IMG/VR virus record: IMGVR_UViG_3300020049_016712
Coordinates: 22,006 to 86,005 of that record
Reading direction: 5' to 3' (one strand)
Length of the DNA: 64,000 nucleotides
Origin: a virus
Lineage: Duplodnaviria > Caudoviricetes
Part shown: positions 44,496 to 53,160 of the stretch, piece after piece
Layout of the letters: each line of letters begins with the position of its first letter
How positions within the stretch are numbered: position 1 is the stretch's first letter
Notes under the pieces: generated by a model
The model's database searches: none
The model's input: the letters and a program-made list of their open reading frames with translations, nothing else
Told to the model about the DNA's origin: nothing
Position numbers and translations under genes: made by a program

Positions 44496-44753
44496 TCAAT
44501 TCATCGTTTCGGCCGCGAGCAACTTGCAGGCCTTCAGGAACTGCTTGGCCGAATTGCGCGACATCGGTTCGCAATAGCGCCTTATACTCCAGGGCTCGAT
44601 GCTGATATTGTAGCAAATAGGACCAGCCGAGAAAGAAAGCTCAATCGTGTCGCGCGGATTTACCTGGAAGTTGGGTCGCAGCGTATACACGAGGCCATCA
44701 TCGCCGCAAATCTCAAAAATCTTGATGGCCCGGCCACCGTTTTTTTTCTTCAA
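44496..44753 (-). CDS. Hypothetical protein (85 aa)
   Basis: Follows the portal gene; SD GGAG. Confidence 0.5.
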   Translation of the reverse strand: MKKKNGGRAIKIFEICGDDGLVYTLRPNFQVNPRDTIELSFSAGPICYNISIEPWSIRRYCEPMSRNSAKQFLKACKLLAAETMN

Positions 44754-44773
44754 CTGGTTTGCTCCCTGGGGGT

Positions 44774-46495
44774 TTACCGGGCCACGAGGCCTTTGCCGGT
44801 CACGAAATGGCTGCTGTCATCAAAGGCCATGGGCTTGTCGGAAGGGTCTCGCATTCGCGACAACAACGAGGCTATCCTTTGCGACTCTTCCATAATCTCA
44901 TCAGCGTCAGCCGATAGCATCGGATCTTCGTTATCGTTAGCATCCTCCGCTGGCAACTCGATGCCCATATCCTCCACCGCGCGCCGCATAATGTGACGCA
45001 CCTCCTGAGTGCTCAGGGCATTCATCCCGGTCGAGATGGCCAGCCCCTCGGCAAGGCCCTTGATAGCCCCCATCGCCTGCGTATAGCGGTCAGGGTCAGG
45101 GTCGGCGCCAACCACCTGGAAGCATAACTCCTCGTCAGGAACGGAATTCAATTTCCCGAACTTCTTGGCGCGCTGCAGCGCATACTCAAGCTCGAGTGAG
45201 ATTCCGTCTTGAATGATTTTCGTTCTCCGAGCGCGAGCCCAGGCGTAAACCGGGTCGGACATCTCGGCCGCCGAGGCCCGGTTGGTGTTGTTCGCTTCCG
45301 CGAAAAAGTGCTCAGGAAGCCCCATTCCGCCCCACCCATAGAGGAAAATCAGGCGCGCAATTGACGTAATGTCGCCACCGCTCAAGTTTGGAGCCAGCGG
45401 GAGCCAATCCTCGCGGCCATCGGTCACCAAATACTCACCAGGCTGAGGCGGAAAGAGTTTCAATTCCTCGTTTTTCTTGCGCAAGTCCTCATCGGATGCA
45501 CCGTCGATGATGACCTTCCAGACGAACGATAGGAGCAACTGGGCCCGCTCGGTTCCAGTCATGAGGAGGACGTTATACATGTCGAGCCACTCCATGACGT
45601 GAGCCAGATCCGAAAGTCCGCGCGACATCCCGAGCAGATTGTTGATCCGCAAATGGATGGCCTGCCCCTCGATTTTCCCGGTGTCGCTCCCGGCGCGCAA
45701 CCGCCGCATAATCTTGAATTCTTTTCCGTATGGGCCCTCGGAGTCTTTCATGACGCTTTCGCGGAAGCGCAACGACAGGGCCTGCTCCAGGTCCCATGGG
45801 TCGAGATTGACGCAAGCGATGTCCTGCGGCAGGAATTGCCCAACTCGGAATTTCGGGTCGGTGAATTCTTCTCCAGATACTCGGCGCGCGGTATAGTCGT
45901 CGTCGCGAATGACCCTGATCCACTCGCCGTGGATACCCAGGTTCCAGACGCGTTCTCGAGTCTTGGATGGCCAGTTGTTGTATTGCCAATGCTCGTCAAG
46001 CACCTCCTGAACCATAGGAGCCCACTCCTCGGCACAGGTTGCGACCGGCTTGAATCCTCCACCCACGATGAAATCGGTGCGCACCTGCATGCCACGATTG
46101 GCGAGCGGATTGAAAATCATCTCCTCGGCCCGGCGCACCTGCTCAAGCCATTTCTGCGGCGAGATGTCCCTAAATTGGTTTCCGTTGGCCGACCATTCGG
46201 TATAGCCGTAATCCGACTCTCCGTGAAACAGGTTGGCCATGTCCGGGTAGGCCTCGGCGATGTAAGACCGCGCCTTGTGCGTTAGCGCGAACGGGCTCTT
46301 CAGGCCGAATCGAGGCGACTTGTAGGGCTTGTGATCACCCTCGTCGGATTCGGATTCGGTCTTGCGGATCGGCGCCGCTGGAACGGGTTCCACGCCGCGC
46401 CCCAGGCCCTCGCGGATGACATCGGCATGGCTCGGCACCGCGATGCCGGATTTTCTGAGTCCGAAAAACTGCTGCGCTCGATGAAGGAAACCCAT
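44774..46495 (-). CDS. Portal protein
   Basis: 573 aa between terminase and gpF-like genes; MSRGLSDL, GMGLPEHFF, NTNRASA. Confidence 0.88.
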   Translation of the reverse strand: MGFLHRAQQFFGLRKSGIAVPSHADVIREGLGRGVEPVPAAPIRKTESESDEGDHKPYKSPRFGLKSPFALTHKARSYIAEAYPDMANLFHGESDYGYTEWSANGNQFRDISPQKWLEQVRRAEEMIFNPLANRGMQVRTDFIVGGGFKPVATCAEEWAPMVQEVLDEHWQYNNWPSKTRERVWNLGIHGEWIRVIRDDDYTARRVSGEEFTDPKFRVGQFLPQDIACVNLDPWDLEQALSLRFRESVMKDSEGPYGKEFKIMRRLRAGSDTGKIEGQAIHLRINNLLGMSRGLSDLAHVMEWLDMYNVLLMTGTERAQLLLSFVWKVIIDGASDEDLRKKNEELKLFPPQPGEYLVTDGREDWLPLAPNLSGGDITSIARLIFLYGWGGMGLPEHFFAEANNTNRASAAEMSDPVYAWARARRTKIIQDGISLELEYALQRAKKFGKLNSVPDEELCFQVVGADPDPDRYTQAMGAIKGLAEGLAISTGMNALSTQEVRHIMRRAVEDMGIELPAEDANDNEDPMLSADADEIMEESQRIASLLSRMRDPSDKPMAFDDSSHFVTGKGLVAR

Positions 46496-46508
46496 TACAT
46501 GAATTGGG

Positions 46509-46519
46509 TTCCGCGCATG
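46509..46519 (-). promoter_or_regulatory. Late-gene motif core
   Basis: Minus strand CATGCGCGGAA, 13 nt before the portal ATG. Confidence 0.6.
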
Positions 46520-46533
46520 GGAAGAATTTTCTT

Positions 46534-47007
46534 CTACTCGGCCTTCTCGGACTCCAACAGTTTCCGCATGTGAGCAGTGTCTATGCCGTTCTTTCCTGGT
46601 CTAAACGGGAACCCAAAAGGACCTCCAACCGTTGGCAATCCTTTTGTCCTGCAACCGTAGCAAACCCACTGTCGCGACCGGATAAAAGAAAACTCCTCCT
46701 GAATCAACTCCTCTAGTTCTCCGCACATCAAACACTCGAATAATTGGGCAGGGCGATACCAGTTTGAGATTAAAGGCCAACTTGATCCACTTCGGCAATG
46801 GTCGCACACCTTGAACCGGGGCGGCGCGGGCCCGAACTCATCGAAACGAGGATTTAGCCTCTTCCCTATCTCGTCGTTAATAACCCGTGATCGATAGTCG
46901 ATATATCCGCTAGATCGCGAAATCTCGCCGCACACAAGGCAGGTTGACTCCATGCGCTTGCCGTTCAACTCCTCTAGCAGCAGAGCCGCATCTTGCTCTT
47001 CATTCAT
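46534..47007 (-). CDS. Double Zn-finger protein
   Basis: CLVC, CDHC, CLMC, CYGC. Confidence 0.65.
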   Translation of the reverse strand: MNEEQDAALLLEELNGKRMESTCLVCGEISRSSGYIDYRSRVINDEIGKRLNPRFDEFGPAPPRFKVCDHCRSGSSWPLISNWYRPAQLFECLMCGELEELIQEEFSFIRSRQWVCYGCRTKGLPTVGGPFGFPFRPGKNGIDTAHMRKLLESEKAE

Positions 47008-47441
47008 TGGCCGTGCAGAACCTCGAACGAGTATCCATCGTCTTGAGAATATCCAGTGAGTTTCGCCTTCTCGTCACCGATTTTAACAACGGAACCGATG
47101 ACCAAATTTATAGACCCTGGCAAGATGTATTTTCGGGCCAGGTCGTGCTTCTCGAGACAGCCTCTGCAGATGCGATGTCGCGACCTGTGCTCATACGCAT
47201 ACTTCGTAAAGCCTTTGCACAGGGTACACTTCCTCGGATACGGCATCATCGTAACGCGAGGCAGCGTTCCAGCCAGGCCGTACAGTGTCTGGACCTCCTC
47301 GAGGAACTCAGCAGGGTCCTGATTCGGCTCACGTTTCGGCTTCGACCTACGTAACTTCTTGTTGGCATGCATGGATTGTCTCCTTCTATCAGGGCCCTGA
47401 ATTCCAATGTCTAAAAGCATCAAATCCTGGATTCCGGTCAA
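47004..47441 (-). CDS. Zn-finger protein with basic N-terminus
   Basis: CTLC-x13-CRGC. Confidence 0.6.
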   Translation of the reverse strand: MTGIQDLMLLDIGIQGPDRRRQSMHANKKLRRSKPKREPNQDPAEFLEEVQTLYGLAGTLPRVTMMPYPRKCTLCKGFTKYAYEHRSRHRICRGCLEKHDLARKYILPGSINLVIGSVVKIGDEKAKLTGYSQDDGYSFEVLHGQ

Positions 47442-47715
47442 TTGCTTGCGTGATAGCTTGCTTGAAGAACTCTTTTTTGCTGACGCAAACTCCCATTCCC
47501 CGTAAGCACCTTACGCAGAAGTTCGCTCGACCCCAGTCCGTGAATCCGCAAACATCCTTCTTGCCGCAACCTCTGCAGCGCCGGAGCGAACCGAAATCGA
47601 CGGCTTCGTATGGTCCCGCCAACTCAAGCATCGTCGCCAAATCTTTCAGGACGGCCCTCCAATTCTCGCGGCGCCTGCGGTTACGATTCCGCTTCGTTCT
47701 CGGCTTATTCGCCAT
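47389..47715 (-). CDS. Zn-finger protein with Arg-rich N-terminus
   Basis: Start MANKPRTKRNRNRRRR; CRGC...CVRC. Confidence 0.6.
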   Translation of the reverse strand: MANKPRTKRNRNRRRRENWRAVLKDLATMLELAGPYEAVDFGSLRRCRGCGKKDVCGFTDWGRANFCVRCLRGMGVCVSKKEFFKQAITQAIDRNPGFDAFRHWNSGP

Positions 47716-48154
47716 TCTCGAACGCTTCCTGGCCAGGCAACTTTCTGTAGCGCACCAGCTCCTCTGCAAAATATGTGGGAAACGAATATTTTTCAGACCA
47801 TAGCGAGGCAGACCCTGTTCCATCGGGAATAACGCGTTTCGCTTGTTCAGAAACAGCCTGATCCAACCCCCGATTCTTCATTCTGCGGCAGTGGGAGCAA
47901 AGTCCGTCTGCGGGCACGGTATCGTCATGTGCGTAGAACGAGGAAACTAGACATCCTCGGCATCTAACCACAGAATCCTCTAGTTGCAGGCGCAAGCACT
48001 CGAGGCGAAAATTCCATGACTCAACAGACTCGATTTCCTCTTTCTGGATGCTCGACAACACAACCCCTGGGCTCGGATTGTCGCAAAAAACGTAAGAGAA
48101 GTCTCCGACACTCATACGGACGGTCCCATCAGTCTGCGGAAACAATATAGGCAC
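47705..48154 (-). CDS. Zn-finger protein
   Basis: CRGC...CSHC. Confidence 0.6.
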   Translation of the reverse strand: MPILFPQTDGTVRMSVGDFSYVFCDNPSPGVVLSSIQKEEIESVESWNFRLECLRLQLEDSVVRCRGCLVSSFYAHDDTVPADGLCSHCRRMKNRGLDQAVSEQAKRVIPDGTGSASLWSEKYSFPTYFAEELVRYRKLPGQEAFENGE

Positions 48155-48306
48155 AAACCCTTGCTGCTGGCTATGTCGTCTTCATGAATCCACACGGAGA
48201 ATTTGCTGCAACATCGGCATTCAACTGCGAGAACGTTTCCCTCTAGTCGCAAACAATCGCGCCAAAAAACCCATTGCTCGGGCGGTTCAATGCTCGTTCT
48301 CTTCAT
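48112..48306 (-). CDS. Small Zn-finger protein (64 aa)
   Basis: CRCC...CLYC; SD GAGGAG. Confidence 0.6.
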   Translation of the reverse strand: MKRTSIEPPEQWVFWRDCLRLEGNVLAVECRCCSKFSVWIHEDDIASSKGLCLYCFRRLMGPSV

Positions 48307-48315
48307 CGCTCCTCG

Positions 48316-50106
48316 TCACCTTCGCCTGCCATTCTTCTGCGACATGCGCTGCCGAATCCTCTGCGCCTGCGTCAACTGCCTGACGCGGACAGGCTTCGAC
48401 TCAGTATTCTCTGTTGACTCCTGTTTTCCTTTGTTATCCTGTTCGTCTTCGTCGGATGGAGGAGGCGGCAACGGTGCCGAAGTTCGAAACGATGACGGGC
48501 CCGCGGCGAGTCGCAGTTTCATCAGAACCTGGCTCATCATGTCGACGATGTCGTTTGAGGCCGACAGCGGGAATGAGGAGACTTCATCGAGAACAGCCCG
48601 AACCCATGGCGCCTCGTTTGGATGCGGCAGCCACACCAACCGCCCATCGTTGACCAACGGGGAAACGGCACGGGCCCTCTGTTCCTTCGACCCGTGAACG
48701 CGCGGGTCGACCGCAACGATGCCCGAGAACGAAGACTTCATCTCGGAAACCAGGGCCGGACCAAGAGCTTTGTCCTCGACGTAATGGAGATTCGCGGCCG
48801 GATGCTTCTCGGCCATCGCGGCAAACATTTCCTTCTGGCCGCCGTATTCGACGCGCTTGCGAACCATGTCCCACAAGAAGTAGCCGAGCCCTAGGTGATG
48901 CTTGCGGGCCGTGCGACCCCAGCAACCGCCAACCGACCATGACGAGGTCGGATTTCCCTTGACGGCCAGGTCCCAGGAGGTCACCAGAGCCTCGAATGGG
49001 TGCTTCAGGCCAGCCGGAACACCGGTCCAGACCGACTCGACATAGACCGGCTCGTCAAGCCCGCACAAAAGAGCCACGTCCTTGCACCAGAACCCCTCGT
49101 TGCGGGTCGTGTACCAGCGGAAGTTCTGGCGCTCGAAACAACCGCCGGAGGAAGGGCGCGGGTCCTGCTGGTGCTGGGCCGCGTAGTTGTATGAGCCCAT
49201 TCCATCGCCCGATTTCTCTAAGTCGAGCTTTTCCCGAGTGAAACGTTTGGGGCACATCAACTCTCCGCGTTCGGTGCGAGGGTCGGTCCACCCGATACAC
49301 GTATAGACGCGGCGCATCGGGTCGAACTCCTGCTGAATCATGAGGTGCTCCCAATCGCCCTCTGACAGCAGGGTTGCCGACAGGTCAGCCTCATGACCGC
49401 GTTGCGCAACCGCGATCCATCGCGTCTTCCCGGGCTGATTCTCGCGGGAACGGATGGCCTGCTTGTATACCCTGTTCACGGCCTCGCGGCGGGCTTTTGA
49501 GTGAATTTCCTTCAGGTTGTTCGGGTCGTCGAGAATCACGAACGAGCCGCCGAAACCGGTCGCGACACCGTCCATCGACGCGGATATGCGGCGCCCGGTT
49601 TCCGAGTTGACGTAAGTCAGTTTGGTGTTTTTGTCGCCTCTGAGCGTATAGAGGTCGCCCCAATTTTCCTGATACCACGATGACTGAATGATGTCCCTGC
49701 AAGTGCGCGAATGCTCCTCGGCCAGTTTCTCGGCGTAGGATAAGCACAAGAACCGCTCGGAAGGATCCTTAATCCAAACCCAGGCCGGAAACGCCACAGA
49801 CACCAGAATCGACTTGGACGAACGTGGCGGGATGTTGATGAGCAGTTTGGTGATTTGCCGGTGATAGACGGCTTCGCAGTGCTCGGCCATGGCCTCGATG
49901 TGCCACCCGGGCGTGAACTTCTCGCGTTCGATCAATCTCCAACACTGCTTGAAAAACGAAAAAAACGACTCTTCAGCCGCCTCTTTGAGGATTTTTTTCG
50001 CAGTCGCGATAGCCTCGGGACCCGTCATATTCATGACCGCGCTGTTCAGGATGCGGTCTAGCGCCACCCTGGGCGCATCTGGCGGGTTCGGGTTCGAATA
50101 GTTCAC
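48316..50106 (-). CDS. terL: Terminase large subunit
   Basis: INIPPRSSKS (Walker A-like), VILDDP, nuclease motifs SWDLA, VEDKALG, NDIVD. Confidence 0.95.
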   Translation of the reverse strand: MNYSNPNPPDAPRVALDRILNSAVMNMTGPEAIATAKKILKEAAEESFFSFFKQCWRLIEREKFTPGWHIEAMAEHCEAVYHRQITKLLINIPPRSSKSILVSVAFPAWVWIKDPSERFLCLSYAEKLAEEHSRTCRDIIQSSWYQENWGDLYTLRGDKNTKLTYVNSETGRRISASMDGVATGFGGSFVILDDPNNLKEIHSKARREAVNRVYKQAIRSRENQPGKTRWIAVAQRGHEADLSATLLSEGDWEHLMIQQEFDPMRRVYTCIGWTDPRTERGELMCPKRFTREKLDLEKSGDGMGSYNYAAQHQQDPRPSSGGCFERQNFRWYTTRNEGFWCKDVALLCGLDEPVYVESVWTGVPAGLKHPFEALVTSWDLAVKGNPTSSWSVGGCWGRTARKHHLGLGYFLWDMVRKRVEYGGQKEMFAAMAEKHPAANLHYVEDKALGPALVSEMKSSFSGIVAVDPRVHGSKEQRARAVSPLVNDGRLVWLPHPNEAPWVRAVLDEVSSFPLSASNDIVDMMSQVLMKLRLAAGPSSFRTSAPLPPPPSDEDEQDNKGKQESTENTESKPVRVRQLTQAQRIRQRMSQKNGRRR

Positions 50107-50374
50107 ATAGTGAATTTACCCCGAGTAAACGTGAAAACCCTTCAATCTACCCACTCGCCGGGCAGCGGGAACTTCTCCCGACTGAATTCGATGTATTTGA
50201 TCGCAGGCGGATGAGGAGGCCTGTCCTCGGGAGCCATTCCTCGGTAGTTTGGCGGAAATTCAGGTGGCATCGAGGCGATTGTATATTGCTCCAAAAATGG
50301 CGGCCGGTCGGCCATGCGTTATTGCTGCGTCAAGCACAGTATATCCGCACTCTGCCGACCGGCCCCAAACCTTT

Positions 50375-50710
50375 CTATTCGGCGTCGAGCGCCTCGAGTC
50401 GGGCAAGGACGTTGGCCTTGATGGTTTCGGCGCGCTCGTCGCTCAGGAACTTGCTGGCGAACTCACCCGTGTTGCAGTCGAACCAGAACTTCGAACTGCT
50501 CAGGTCTGCAAGCAGGCGTTTGGCCGACCCGTTCGAGATGTCCTCACCGTTCAATTTGGCGCCAGAAACGTTACCGCTTTTATAGGTCGTGTACTCGAGG
50601 CCCAACCAGGCGGCGAGGTCGTTGAAATAAACGCGGTCCATACTACCGCTGGTCCAACGGCGGCCACCGATTTTCTCAAGGCTATTAGGTTTAATGTTCG
50701 TGGTTTCCAT
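50375..50710 (-). CDS. Hypothetical phage protein (111 aa)
   Basis: Start revised to METTNIK after the full conserved leader; GRRW...DRVYFN. Confidence 0.75.
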   Translation of the reverse strand: METTNIKPNSLEKIGGRRWTSGSMDRVYFNDLAAWLGLEYTTYKSGNVSGAKLNGEDISNGSAKRLLADLSSSKFWFDCNTGEFASKFLSDERAETIKANVLARLEALDAE

Positions 50711-50744
50711 CGTTCGTTTGCTCCGTTTCGTTTGCTCTATAAGC

Positions 50745-50773
50745 AGTATATCAATATGGTTAACCTTTGTCAA
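50745..50773 (-). promoter_or_regulatory. Sigma70 promoter with embedded GTTAAC box (copy 6)
   Basis: TTGACA-AAGGTTAACCATATTGA (17 nt)-TATACT. Confidence 0.88.
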
Positions 50774-50777
50774 CAGG

Positions 50778-51158
50778 TCAGAACAAATCCAGTTGCCCGG
50801 ACTGGTCAAAGCCGGATTCGCGTTTCCACGCCTTGGCCGCTGCCCGGTCGTCACTTGTAGACAGATTCTCCTCCGGCCATTCCCAGGGCGCGCGACGGGC
50901 CAGTTCAGCCCACAACTCAGGCGTTACCTCCCACGGCGGCCCCGAATATCCCAACACCCGGAACCAACCCATCGACCGGCAAATCTTCACCGCGCGGGCC
51001 ACCACCTCGGCAGGCCATCCCTCCTCTAGCATGATGGTCGCCTCCATCACCTGGCCAACCGTCAAGCCCTTGGTCCGCAACGGGTTTGCCTGACCCAGGA
51101 TGCGACGACAGGTCTGCTCCAGCGTCACCTGCACAGCTCGGCCACCGAATCCAGCCAC
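50778..51158 (-). CDS. Hypothetical protein
   Basis: Ends QLDLF, resembling a clamp-binding QL[S/D]LF motif. Confidence 0.55.
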   Translation of the reverse strand: MAGFGGRAVQVTLEQTCRRILGQANPLRTKGLTVGQVMEATIMLEEGWPAEVVARAVKICRSMGWFRVLGYSGPPWEVTPELWAELARRAPWEWPEENLSTSDDRAAAKAWKRESGFDQSGQLDLF

Positions 51159-51520
51159 TCCAGCAAGTCCGACAGGTCACTATCCTGGCCCTCAAAGCCC
51201 AACTCCATAACCCGATAAGCCAGGTCGACAGCCTGCTGGCGTCTTGCCATACCCTGCTCAACAATCACGTCCTCTAACAGCCAGTGCATCAACGCTCCCG
51301 ATTTCATCAGCCGCTCAGCAGGGTAAAAGTTCGACCGTTCAACCAGGAACTGCGCAACAGCCTCATGGTTCTTCCTGAGTCGAGCAGCCCCAAGCCAGGC
51401 CCCCTTGAGTTGGTCCAACCGCGAAATCGTTCCCAGAGAAGCCCACTCCAGCCAGGGCTCGCGCGACGGCATGCCCAACGTGCCGAACCGAGCATCCACC
51501 GGCGCCAACGATTCACTCAC
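51125..51520 (-). CDS. Hypothetical protein
   Basis: Probable GTG start overlapping the terS stop; ends SVAELCR. Confidence 0.55.
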   Translation of the reverse strand: MSESLAPVDARFGTLGMPSREPWLEWASLGTISRLDQLKGAWLGAARLRKNHEAVAQFLVERSNFYPAERLMKSGALMHWLLEDVIVEQGMARRQQAVDLAYRVMELGFEGQDSDLSDLLEWLDSVAELCR

Positions 51521-52319
51521 CGTCGTCCTCATCATCGTCGTCGTCGTCCTCCTCGTCCTCGTCGGCCATCGATGTTCCCGAAAGCAACCCGTAAACCTCC
51601 GGCTCCTCACCAGCCGCCCTCAGCAGGGCCCGAGCCAGAATCTCCTTCTCAGCCTGCCCCAATCCGGCCAGGCCCGGCAACTCGCGAGCCTCGACCTTCA
51701 CCACCAATTCCTCCATGCCTCGGACCCGAGCCTCGCCCTTGATACCCAGGTCGACAATCTTGGCCAGTTTGTCAACAGGAGTCTTGAGAATCTCCTCTGG
51801 CGACTTGCTCATGATTCCGACCATACCAACACCCTGCAAATGCGTATACTGCTTGATGTGCCGCACTCGGACCTCGGCTTGCTCTTTCATCACCTGCTCA
51901 CGGGCCAACCGGTCGACCTCGAGGTCCCAGGCCTCCACCCGTTCCCCCCACCGATACCGAGTGCTCCAATGCTTCCAAACACCGTCGCAATACTGTTTGT
52001 CCGGTACTTCCCGCGAACTACCACCGTTAACCTTTGTCAACTCCAGGTTGGCCTGAAAAGCCTTAGCCAAACTGCGCCCACGGCCAAGGTCACGATACAC
52101 ACAGAAAGCCCTGTATGCATGCATGGTCTCCCATTCTTGCTTGTCCCAGAGCAACCCGACATACTCGACCGCGTCGCCCACTTTGGCCGTGGCCTTCCGA
52201 CCGCCTTTGCGCCGTGCTGGCGATTTGGTCTTGACCTTGGACTTGCTCGTTTTGGGCGGCAATTTAGCATTAGCCGGCTTAGCCTTGGCTTTGGTCTTCT
52301 TCTCTGGCTTATCGCTCAT
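51513..52319 (-). CDS. terS: Terminase small subunit (probable)
   Basis: WDKQEWETMHAYRAFCVYRDLGRGRSLAKA...WSTRYRWGERVEAWD pattern; upstream of terL; acidic tail. Confidence 0.7.
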   Translation of the reverse strand: MSDKPEKKTKAKAKPANAKLPPKTSKSKVKTKSPARRKGGRKATAKVGDAVEYVGLLWDKQEWETMHAYRAFCVYRDLGRGRSLAKAFQANLELTKVNGGSSREVPDKQYCDGVWKHWSTRYRWGERVEAWDLEVDRLAREQVMKEQAEVRVRHIKQYTHLQGVGMVGIMSKSPEEILKTPVDKLAKIVDLGIKGEARVRGMEELVVKVEARELPGLAGLGQAEKEILARALLRAAGEEPEVYGLLSGTSMADEDEEDDDDDDEDDGE

Positions 52320-52326
52320 AGCATTC

Positions 52327-52644
52327 CTAGTCCCAGGGGGTTTCCCGGTATCCGATTTCCCGCAACGCGCGCGCGAAATCATCAAAGGCCGCGCGGCAGG
52401 TCACCAGTTGCCCGGCAATGGCCATCAGGTCGGCATCGAAAAATCTCGATTCCCCATCTCGGGCCAACTCCCTCATGATCCAGTGCGCCTCTCGTATTTC
52501 ATTCAATTCGGATAGCGTCGTTTCCCCCAACACCTCGGCCGGAGTCCTGGAATAGGGCGAGCAGTCCGAGCAGCAAATACCGCCGGCCATTGACGCTCTT
52601 GGGCCCTGCTTGCCGCAACCTATGCACGTCGCTTCCTTCAACAC
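52327..52644 (-). CDS. Zn-finger hypothetical protein
   Basis: CIGC...CSDC. Confidence 0.55.
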   Translation of the reverse strand: MLKEATCIGCGKQGPRASMAGGICCSDCSPYSRTPAEVLGETTLSELNEIREAHWIMRELARDGESRFFDADLMAIAGQLVTCRAAFDDFARALREIGYRETPWD

Positions 52645-53160
52645 CTATTCTCCTCTGGCCTCGGGTTCGTCAAAGATGGCGTGGAATTTGCGCATCGCCT
52701 CATCACGCGTCATCAATCGTGCCCTGATCGTTTTCAACTTGTTCCCGCCATACGGAGGCCTGTATTTTTTGAAGATGGGATTGGGCCCAGGAAACATGCC
52801 TTTGTCCCCACGCTCTCCGGTCCTGATCGTCATCGACCTCAGAATCGAGTAATACAACTCCTCGGTCATCGGTTTCGACCATTCGTGCATCTGAGCAGAA
52901 AACCAGCAATGCCAGTAATGCTCTGGACTTCCGTCATCATGGTTATGCCAGAACACTGTCTGCGCGCGACACCAATACAAGCCTTCGAAAAAATCCAGAC
53001 TGTCGGCATCATAGTCGGTGCCGCACATCGGGCATTTGACCTTGCCGGCCAACTCCAACAACGGCGAGTCTTCCGGCCACGGGTAACAGGCAGTATTGCC
53101 AACCCCGTCCGGCAAATGGCCGTACTTCTCAAAACCTGTGGCGCGATATAGCCTGGCCAT
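52645..53160 (-). CDS. Hypothetical protein (Cys-containing)
   Basis: CPMC; coupled to the methyltransferase stop. Confidence 0.6.
   Translation of the reverse strand: MARLYRATGFEKYGHLPDGVGNTACYPWPEDSPLLELAGKVKCPMCGTDYDADSLDFFEGLYWCRAQTVFWHNHDDGSPEHYWHCWFSAQMHEWSKPMTEELYYSILRSMTIRTGERGDKGMFPGPNPIFKKYRPPYGGNKLKTIRARLMTRDEAMRKFHAIFDEPEARGE

Noticed and set aside
52345-52380. Late motif upstream of terS
   Set aside because: Only TCCGATTTCC matches; the CATGCGCGGAA core is absent.
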